Shown here: piece by piece, positions 12,821 through 22,588 of the stretch
Position numbering within the stretch: position 1 is the first letter of the stretch
How the letters are laid out: every line of letters begins with the position of its first letter
Origin: Azolla caroliniana
Taxonomy: Eukaryota > Plantae > Polypodiophyta
Assembly (NCBI GenBank): GCA_043228905.1
Contig: JBHGNT010000034.1
Span: 1-64,000 of the forward strand
Direction of reading: 5' to 3'
DNA length: 64,000 bases
Made by a program: the position numbers and the translations under genes
Notes under the pieces: model-generated
Seen by the model: the letters and a program-made list of their open reading frames with translations, nothing else
The model's database searches: none
Told to the model about the DNA's origin: nothing

Positions 12821-15800
12821 CTAGCTCTTGTCCGAATCGGTACACTCCGATTCGACTTCCGGCTTCAGGCCTCTCACCACATCGGACCACTTCCGAGTCT
12901 TGGCCTTCTCCATGCTTCCCTCGGCTTCTTTAGCCGGTGAACCGAAATCGAATTCTTCATTCAACTCCGCATCATGGTCAGTACCGTCGTGATGACCTCC
13001 GCACAACATGCACTTCTCTTCCTGAGTGCACAACTCTTCTTCACAGCCGCTTGCTCCGACCTGTTCGGATGTGTCGACTTCCTTCGTCGACTCGGCTTCC
13101 TTCATCTTCTTGTCTCCTCTTCTTCCGGCTCTCCTCTTACCGACAGGTTCAACAGTTTTTTTGCCTTTGCCAGTTTCGGTAGAGACTTTGCCCTTGCTTC
13201 TCCCCCTCAAGTGCGGCACGTCGAGATGCTGAATACCAAGCATGTCGGTAAAGTGCTGCAACTTGTCCGATCCGAGCGGCTTGGTGAAGATGTCGGCAAC
13301 TTGCCGATCCGTATGAACATACCGTAGGTCAACTTCACCGCTCGGGACCCGCTCACGCACGAAGTGGTAGTGCACCTCGATGTGCTTTGTGCGAGCATGG
13401 AACACAGGGTTCCTGGCGAGCTGCAGGCTGCTCATGTTATCGCAGAAAATCGGGATTGGGGTCGGCACCTTGATCCGCAAGTCTCGCAGCAGTCGCCAAA
13501 GCCAGATGGCTTCACAAATGGTAACGGTAGCGGCCCGATACTCAGCCTCAGTGCTTGACAAAGCCACTGTGGGCTGCTTCTTGCTGCTCCACGCAACGGC
13601 CGCGCTACCTATGGAGAACATGTATCCGGAAGTGGAGCGGCGATCAGACGCATCGCCGGCCCAGTCAGCATCGGTGTAACCGACAAGCTCTTCGGGTATA
13701 CCTCGCCGATATAGCAGTCCCCGGTCCTTAGTGCCACTGACATACCGTAATATGCGTTGCGCGCACTGAAGGTGCTCCACGGTCGGCTTCTGCATGAACT
13801 GACTTACCATGCCGACCGGATAGCTGATGTCGGGTCGGGTGATGGTTAAGTAGATCAGGCTTCCGACAACCTGTCGGAACCGTTTCTCAATGCAGGCTGG
13901 TCCGGAGTTGGGACGGAGCTTCTGGTTCCGGTCCAGGGGTGTGGAGACAGGTCGGCAATCCGTCATGCCGAACTTATACAACATATTCAACACGTAATGT
14001 CGTTGTGAGAGCAATATGCCGTCGGGGGTCCGGATCACTTCGATCCCAAGAAAATAATGAAGTTCCCCCAGGTCCTTCATTTCAAATGCGTCCGACAACT
14101 GGGACTTGACGCGGTTGATTTCGGGAAGACCCGGTCCGGTGATGACTAAATCATCCACATACAAGAGTATACATACCGGACCGTCAGAGCCTTGCCGGAT
14201 GAACAACGAAGAGTCTGGCTTAGAGACAGCAAACCCCAGTTTACGCAACCGGTGCGTGATTTTCGCGTTCCAAGCTCGGGGGGCTTGCTTCAAGCCGTAA
14301 AGCGACTGCTTCAGTCGGCAGACCGCCGATTTGTTCATCTCCGATTGAAATCCGGGGGGCTGAGTCATAAAGACTTCTTCTTCGAGCTCTCCTTGAAGGA
14401 AGGCGTTCTTCACATCCATCTGGTGAAGATGCCACCCCCTTGCCGCAGCAACCGCCAGTACCACACGAACCGTCGTCATCTTCGCCACAGGAGCGAAGGT
14501 CTCGTCGTAGTCGATTCCGTGGGTCTGCGCGTATCCCTTCGCCACTAACCGGGCTTTGTACCGGTTAACAGAACTGTCGACGTTGTACTTGACCTTGTAC
14601 ACCCACTTGCATCCGATCGGTTTACAGTGATGGGGAGGATCAACTAGGTCCCAAGTTTCATTGGCATCGAGTGCCTGCATTTCTTCGTCCATAGCGGCAC
14701 GCCAATTTGCGTCCTTTGCCGCTTCTGCGTAGCTCTCCGGCTCGCGCACTTCTGTCACCTTAGTCATGTACGCATAATGATGCACCATGTATTCATTGTA
14801 CCCGTACCGCACGACGGGATCCTTCTGACGGGTTGATCGGCGCAACACACCGTCACCTGATTTGAGGCCCTTCTTGGCCAATTCGGTCTTCGTTGCCGAA
14901 GATCTGCCTTTCTCCTTTCCGGAGTCGGATACGCACCGATCCGACTCATCGTTGCCGGTTTCGAATTCGACATCTTCCTCTTCCCCTTCTCTTTGCGCGT
15001 GAACCGTTTCCTCGGTGCCTTGCGCGGGGAGAGCACGGCAGAGTCTCCACTACTTGCCGTCTCTTCATCCGACTGGTCCAACCGACTTAGTCGCTCATTC
15101 GGTCCACTCAACCGTAACGATTCCGGACTCTCATCTTGAGTCCCGACATCATCATCCTCTGCCAGGGCTGATTCAGCCTCATTGGCTTGATCTTCCGACA
15201 TTGGGTCGGGATCGGACGTCGGAGTGGGTACGGAATACCAGGATGCCGATTCATCGAACTCGACATCCCGGCTAACTCGGACTTCCTTCGTCCGGGGGTT
15301 ATAGCACTTATACCCCTTTTGCTCTTGAGCATAGCCGACTAGGATGCATTTTTCCGATTTTGCATCCAGCTTTCTCCACTTCTCATCCGGCAGATGCACA
15401 TACGCTATGCTGCCGAATATCCGAAGGTGTCTCAAGTTAGGCTTGTGCCCGAAATACAGCTCATGAGCTGACACCTTGTCACCAATGCGGTTTTGTATGT
15501 AGACGGCCGTCCGGACCGCCTCCGCCCAGTAGAACCGGGGCATGCTCTTTTCCTGCAGCATTGCCCTTGCCGCTTCGACGAGTGTCCGGTTCTTCCTTTC
15601 GGCCACACCGTTTTGCTCCAGTGTGTATCTGCAGCTGAACTCTCGCCGAATTCCCTTCTGCTGCAGATAACTAGTGAATTGGTCGGAAAAATATTCCTTT
15701 CCGCCATCCGACCGAAGGCATTTGATCTTCCTCTCCGATTCCCGTTCCACCATCTTCTAGAGGCTCCGGAAACAGTCGAACACTTTGCTCTTCCGCTCAA

Positions 15801-17507
15801 TGAGGTAGATCCAAGTATGTCGAGTATAGTCGTCGATGAAGGAGATGAAGTATCGGTTCCTGCCAAGGCTTACACTTTGTGCCGGTCCCCACACATCCGA
15901 ATGGATGAGATCGAGCTTGTTACGGCTCCGGTTCCGTTCGGTGGGGAATGGAAGCCGGTGTTGCTTCCCAAGTTGGCAGGCTTCACATATTTCGGCTCTC
16001 CGGCCGCTGAACTTTGGCAAACCGAAAACGACTTGTTTCGCTTGCAGATCTTGAAGCCTCCGATAGTTGACGTGGCCTATCCGCTTGTGCCACAGGTCGA
16101 TGTCCGACTCGACCTTCTGTCGTTTCGCGAACAGAGCGGTGCCAAAGTCATTGGTGTCGAGGATAAACATCCTCCCATCTCTGCGCCCTTGCGCAATGAC
16201 TTCGCCCTCATCCTCAATGAAGCACCCGAGGTGCGTAAACCGCACCTGCATCCCCTGGTCGACAATTTGACCGACGGACATCAGGTTCTTCGTGATTATC
16301 GGAACGTGTAATACGTTCATCAGCTTCTCTTTCTGTCCGACGTGGCTTAGAGGGACTTCTCCGACGTGCACAATTGGGTGAGGAGTGTCGTCTCCGGTTT
16401 CGACTACTCCTGGTTGATCCGGTTTCTCCAGAAAGGAGAACCACTCTTTGTGGCTCGTCATGTGGTTCGATGCGCCGGAATCAACATACCACACTTCCTC
16501 CGTTTTGGAAGTGGTTTCTTCATTGAGTTTGCCTTGTGATTCATCACCAAGGCTGGCCCCTTACCAGCCTTTTCGGTTCCGGATCCTCCCGATCCGTTTG
16601 CGTAGTCCGAGTTTTGCCGGCCATCCTTACCGGTCTTGCCGAATCCGGATTTGTCCGAATCGGCACGCTTTCTCCAGCACTCGCTTTCCCTGTGGCCTTT
16701 TTTGCCACAGTACCAACATTCCGTAGCGGATTTGTCTTGCCGGCCTCCGGCACCGCCTTGACTCCCCCTGCTTGTGGAAGTCCCGGAACTGTTGTCGGCA
16801 CGCTCATAGTGCTTCCGTTCCTGCTCTTGTCGGCCGCCTCCATTGCGTGCCGACCCACCTCTTCCACCACGCCCACGGAGCCGATCTGTTCCCATGTACA
16901 ACATTCGGCTGTCCGGGGATGCACTGGTAGATGCACCGGCGTGGTTCTCCTCTACAAGGAGCATCGACTATAAGTCGAAGAATGAGGGGGTATTCTCCCT
17001 TGTACACACCGCAGTCCGGAATGCTCCGAACTTGGACGCCAGGCCTCCGAGACATACCTGCACCATCTCATCTTCCTCTACGGTAACATTGATAGAGGCG
17101 AGCGAGTCGCAGATCTCCTTTATCCGGCCCGTGTAGTCTACCACGGACATGTTCTTCTGTCGAACATTGCTCAACTCCTATCTGAGTTGCAGCTTCCGGG
17201 CAGTTGTGCTTGCGGCGAAAACCTTTTTCAGGTTCCCCCAAGCATCCTTCGGTGTCTTGGCGTCCCGAATGTGGCTGAGCAGCTGATCGTCGACACTGGA
17301 CGCGAAGCAGTACATCACCCTGCTTGCCGCCTGTTCCCATACCAGGAAGTCCTTGTGTGCCGAGTCTGGCGCCGCATCATTCGCTCCTTCGACATAACTC
17401 CAGTACTTGTGTCCAAGCAGGTACTGGTGCATCTTGTAAGACTAGGATGCGTAGTTGCTCCCGTCGAGCTTCTCCACCGGGAGCGACGTAGCCATGCCTC
17501 TATCCAT
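12821..17507 (-). pseudogene. Copia B gag-pol polyprotein with several in-frame stops and frameshifts
   Basis: Zinc knuckle CWYCGKKGHRESEC; protease WYVDSGASNHMT; integrase LIHSDVWGP / LRSDGGKEY / NGVAERKNR; RT QMDVKNAFLQG / YVDDL; RNase H GYTDADWAG / STEAEY. Confidence 0.93.
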
Positions 17508-17641
17508 GTCTACTACTGTGTCTGTTTTCGACCTGTTAGGGTTTTCTTCTCAAGAGTTAAATGTCTGCAACAGAGGTTCTCAACCCTCGCACTCTGATAC
17601 CATGTCAACGTAAGTGTTTGCGGAAGCGTAAAACAGAGAAC

Positions 17642-17685
<44 letters not shown>

Positions 17686-18411
17686 AGAACACAATTTCAA
17701 AATTATATCAAGACTCTGTATTTACACACTGTGCTAAGTACCACTATTTATACAAGTTCTCTTGGGACTGACAGAAGTACCATGTACTTCAATGCTCACA
17801 CGAGCATCTGACACTTACTACGAGACTATAGATACCTAGTAGTCTATCCTATTCTAGGCTTCCGATTGGACTGCCGGTTACGGATTGCACCTGGCCTCCA
17901 CTGCTTGCCGCTCACCGTCATACCGATCCGTTTCGCCCGATCCGTCTCGCTTACCGGCTCCGGCTTATTCAGCCGATCTGGCTCCGGTTGAGCTTGCCGC
18001 TCAACAAATATCTATCTGGTTCAGAACCCAGTGTTCCACGTGCGGACAAAGCACATCAAAGTGCATTATCACTTCATCCGAGAGCGCGTTCTAGCTGGCG
18101 ATGTCAACCTACAACACATTAGCACCAATCTTCAAACGACCGACATCTTCACTAAAGCCTTAGGAGCCGACAAGCTATGGCAATTCATGACCGATCTCGG
18201 ATTGACGATCCCTGACGCCACGAAGAGCCGATCTACCACGCAAAGTCGCGAAGAAAGACGCAAGCCGAAGCACAGACTTCGTAGCTACGCACAACGCAAG
18301 CTGGAGCACGGATTCCACAACTCCGCATAAATGTGAGTCGACGCGGACTCAAGAACGCGAGTCGAAGCGGATTTCGGATACCGTTTGAAACCGACTGAGC
18401 TTGAGGGGCCG

Positions 18412-18806
18412 TGTTGAGAATCAAGCTCAACTTGGTCTAGTGTGTGAACTCACCTTGAGAGTGAATAGACACTCCAACGGTTAAGAGTCACCATTATGTC
18501 ACCACTTTGTATTCTAGCATTTAGTATGAGTCATAGAATCATATTCTATGACACATAACTTATGAGCTTTCACATTCCCCATGCTCCATGAGTCTTATAG
18601 TTAATGAAGAGAGAGGGTGACTATATAAAGCACCCTCCTCCCACCTTGTATGTTGTCGAGTCTTTCTCCTTTGTTAATATACTTTAACTTGCGTATTCTC
18701 TGTGTCTTACTCCTTGTCTCTCTCACTCTCTCTCTCTCTCTCTCTCATACACACACACAACTCATATTTATTCCGTTGCACAAAATCCATCTCTTGATTC
18801 TTTACA
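18412..18806 (+). repeat. Copia A 3' LTR
   Basis: Direct repeat of 9170-9566, followed by TSD ATGGT. Confidence 0.95.
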
Positions 18807-20439
18807 ATGGTTTTATGGTTGGCATTTGTAAAGCATGGGATGCTGTTAAGTTTTTTTTTATTCGTAGATGCCCCTCTTCGAATGAAGAACTGTTGCGGCA
18901 ACCTTTGATTTGGAATTTTATTTTTTCTGATAAAAGGGGTGTATTGCTTGACAGTAGACTGCGATTACCGTGGGCTACGTTGGATAATGGTATAGCTGCC
19001 ACGGTAGGCTCTTGGGGAAATTATGTTTTTCATCTTAATAATTCACAGCTAGATGCTGCCATGTGTAGGGGGTTTTACACTTATGTTTGATGAAATTCAA
19101 TTATCTTTAGGGAATTTTCTCTATAATTGGTCACCTTCTTTTGAGCATGTTTGGTTTGGATATTTTACTTCGGTTGGCGTTATTATAGGAGTAAAAGGAA
19201 TAACATCTCAAGGAGACTGTTACTATTTTGATGTGTTTGAGGAAGGAAGATTATGGCAGACTAATATGGGATCATCAATTTGGCAAACAACATTGCAACA
19301 TCCGGGAGAGTGATTAGTAAATCGGGTAAAAGATGGATTTTAGATCTTTCTCCTTCTAATAGTATGTTGTTTTGCCAACTATGGGTTTAAAAAAAAAAAT
19401 CATTGTTGGACTTGCATTGGGATCCATCAAATTATCTTTCGAAACATACAAATCCTTCGTCTCATACTGATTTTTTTCAATTTTTTCAATATTCTGTGAA
19501 GTTGGGACGAAAGTTGCTCTTAAGTAGGAAATTTCATCCGCCATCTGCTATGAAAGTGTGGTTGGCGAATGGGGCCTCTTTAATGGATGCATCTAAATAT
19601 TGGAAGTGGTTATGGAGTATGCAAATTCCTAGGAAGATTGTCCTTTTTCGTTGGTTATTGATCCATTATGCACTACCGGTTCAGGCTTGGTCACGGCAAT
19701 TAGATAGTAGGTCATGTGGTTTTGGTTGTGGATGTATGATAGAATCAATTAAGCATGTATTGTGGTCTTGTCCTAAAATTGTGCAAATATGGCATAGAGT
19801 ATTAAGGTTGTTGATATTGATACATGTTAATTGTGTGGTCACTTGTGGTGCAGTTAGGTGGGGCATTCTAGAGGGACAACTCTTATTATATGAAAGGGAG
19901 GATATAGTGGAAGCCTTTCACATAGTTCCTCCTCATATACAAATGGTTCAACCTTTTATAAGTGACAGTTTGCAATTTAGGGATGATATTATCTGGAATA
20001 CAATTTCATCTATTCTGATGTGGGTAATTTGGAAGGCGCGATGCACATCAGTATTTGACAATGTCACTCAGGATGCTTCTGTTATAATTGCTGAATGTTG
20101 GTTCTTACTTGTTCATACATTATGTGGTCAACATGAAAGTTTCAGTGGCAATATTGATGCCATTTTCAGGAAGCAAATGCATTTTAAAAGGATATGGACC
20201 TCTATGCTCATTTTTAGGGAAGATGGAGATCACATAATTTGGATGTATATTGTTCCCGTCATTTTGGGAAACAATGTCTACTAACTTTGTTTATGGACAT
20301 TCTGTTGTTACATATTTTGGGTGCTATAGGTTACATTGCATGCTCAATTGCAGTTTGGGAGGAGTAGACGATAAAATTCTTGGAGATATAGTGCACAAAT
20401 ATGTGTAGTTCTTGTATATACACATCAAATCGGCTATGA

Positions 20440-20731
20440 GGAATGGCATTGGAAACAGTTGCACAAGTTGCAAGATGGATTATGAATGAGAGGATCATTT
20501 AGCTACAAACGTTACTAGTTTCTGGCATTGAAGTGAAACACTTCTTAGAGATGTTGTTAGAATGATAATGTTTCAATGTCAGTTTTATCAAGCAGTAATT
20601 CGGAAAAAACACCCATCGATAAGGTATCGTCAATGTTGTGGCATTTCTCAAGCTTGTGCTCAGAGGAAGGATCTTTGTGAAGGTTATAGAATACATGCAT
20701 ATATTGTGAGAAAAGGGTTGCTTGAAAAGTC
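20440..20731 (+). pseudogene. PLS-class PPR pseudogene, 5' fragment
   Basis: ACAQRKDLCEGYRIHAYIVRKGLLEKS is an L-type PPR motif; it ends abruptly at the Penelope-like element. Confidence 0.6.
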
Positions 20732-20849
20732 TAATCACCCCCCACTTTTCCCCTTCGAAAACAAATCTCATCTATACCCTTAGTGCCCTTATTTTAGAAT
20801 ATCACTCACTTTCGATGATGTAGTTTACCAACAAATAAAAGGTACGGCC

Positions 20850-21614
20850 ATGGGTAGCAACTTTTTAGTCGTATATGCATGCCTCTTTTTAGTATATCTC
20901 GAAAACTTACAACCATCACCCCCCCATCTCTTCTACTTCACCCGCTATATTGATGATGCATTTGGGGTCTGGACAGGCACCAAATCTCAACTTTTAGAAT
21001 ATCTCGACTTTTACCCTTTACACACAAATAACTCCATCAAGCTTACCATTCAAACTTCCCCCTTTCGGCTACCTTTTTTAGACATATGGATCAACCTCGA
21101 AAATTCATCTTTCTTATTCAATTGTTTTCAAAAACCTCTCAATTCATACCAATACTTGCCTTTTTCATCAGATCATCCTTCCCATACGAAACAACACTTT
21201 ATCACTAATGAAGTGAAGAGATATCTCATTAGAGAAAGCACCCCATTAGGTTTCTACCAAATGAAAAAACTCTTTTTCAATAAACTAGTTAACCGTGGTT
21301 ACCCTCCGTCCTTTATACTAAAAAGCTATAAGAAAATACCTTTTAGTCTTAGAAAAACACTCCTATATCAACCCAAAACTATTACTTCCCTTAACCCCAC
21401 AATCTTTAAACTTAGATACACCAAACATACCCCAAAACTAGGCATTCATAGTTTTCTAAAAAATCTCTATAATGACTTAATGTTAGATCCCGAGCTTACA
21501 AGCATCTCACGGCCTTTCGTATGTTGGACAAAATCTAAGTCCTTACATGCCCTCCTAGTTAAGACTAAGTTTTCAAAAAATCCTTCAAAAAATCCACCAA
21601 AATCCCCCACTTAA
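20850..21614 (+). CDS. Penelope-like reverse transcriptase C-terminal half (partial ORF)
   Basis: 254-aa ORF with YIDD catalytic motif and PLE thumb; a frameshifted upstream extension reaches about 20760. Confidence 0.8.
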   Translation: MGSNFLVVYACLFLVYLENLQPSPPHLFYFTRYIDDAFGVWTGTKSQLLEYLDFYPLHTNNSIKLTIQTSPFRLPFLDIWINLENSSFLFNCFQKPLNSYQYLPFSSDHPSHTKQHFITNEVKRYLIRESTPLGFYQMKKLFFNKLVNRGYPPSFILKSYKKIPFSLRKTLLYQPKTITSLNPTIFKLRYTKHTPKLGIHSFLKNLYNDLMLDPELTSISRPFVCWTKSKSLHALLVKTKFSKNPSKNPPKSPT

Positions 21615-21774
21615 AACTAAGTTTTCAAACAATCCACCAAAATCCCCCACGTAAGACTAAATTTTCAAACAATCCACCCAAATCCCCCACTTAAGACTAA
21701 AGTTTTAAACAATCGGCCCAAATCCCCCACTTAACACTAAGTTTTCAAATAATTCACCCACATCCCCCACTTAA
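21559..21774 (+). repeat. 40-bp tandem repeat, about 5 copies, overlapping the PLE stop codon
   Basis: Unit ttaagactaagttttcaaacaatccaccaaaatcccccac at 21611, 21651, 21691 and 21731, plus an expanded first copy inside the ORF. Confidence 0.9.
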
Positions 21775-21877
21775 TATTATCTTAAATCCCCCTTTTTCAT
21801 CACATTAAGAACTCCCCCCACACCATCATCATTATACTAATTCCCCCTCTCTCATTCCCTATCACTTTCCTACACAC

Positions 21878-21926
<49 letters not shown>

Positions 21927-22036
21927 CCACATTCTATTCTCTCTCATCTACTACACAAATCAAATCCTCCCCAGTCCTTTTCTCTCACTCCCTCTTCCTT
22001 CCCACCCCTTTATAAATCACATTCTCTTGTTGTAAT

Positions 22037-22089
22037 GGTCTTTGCACTGAAGAGCTCCACTATTGAGCGAAACTAGTTTGCCTAAGACC
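22037..22089 (+). ncRNA. Minimal type I hammerhead ribozyme
   Basis: Core CUGAAGA (22047-22053); stem II GCUC/GAGC with loop CACUAUU; GAAA; palindromic stem III ACUAGU; cleavage triplet GUU; stem I GGUCUU+GCA pairing with UGC+AAGACC. Confidence 0.85.
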
Positions 22090-22588
22090 ACCACCCTCTT
22101 TGAATTAAAAACATCTCTCTCTCTCTCTCTCTCTCTCTCATTAGTGTATGTTGCCTACTTTCTCTTGTTTAGCTTAAGCACCCTCTAATCGTCGTGTGCC
22201 TATCCCTACGCACTCCTTGTTTCGACCATTTGGTCCTAGTAAGATACAGTCCTTCGACCTAGACCTCCAAGTGGGTGTGGAACAACGAATAGGCGTCTAA
22301 GCGTAATGCATAGGGGAATGTTCCCTGTAACCTATCAGCGTATAAGGGAGACGGCTACAACCGAATCCTTAGCAAGGGTTACACTTACGTTCTTACACGC
22401 TCAGGTCTTCAAGACACACACAGTGGATTAGTCGTAACTATACATAGAGAATCAGAGAAGATAGAATTCTATTATGAGACGTTTCTTTACATTCCCAAAA
22501 TTAGACGCTACCTCTATTAGAGGTTTTCTGCCCTTTATATACGTAGGGTCTATTTAGCCGTTCACGCTTCCTGCGTTATGATCTTATA

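Larger units (their letters stand above)
20732..22246 (+). mobile_element. 5'-truncated Penelope-like element (PLE): RT, thumb, 3' tandem array and hammerhead ribozyme
   Basis: FDDVVYQQIKGTAMG, RYIDDAFGVW, LPFLDI, KPLNSYQYLPFSSDHP and NRGYP are PLE RT/thumb motifs. No GIY-YIG domain occurs before the stop at 21614. A hammerhead follows downstream. Confidence 0.85.

Noticed and set aside
15493-16311. 272-aa plus-strand ORF and similar antisense ORFs inside the LTR elements
   Set aside because: Antisense shadows of GC-rich pol sequence.
21559-21774. CRISPR-like appearance of the 40-bp and 54-bp arrays
   Set aside because: Head-to-tail repeats without unique spacers, no cas genes, eukaryotic context.
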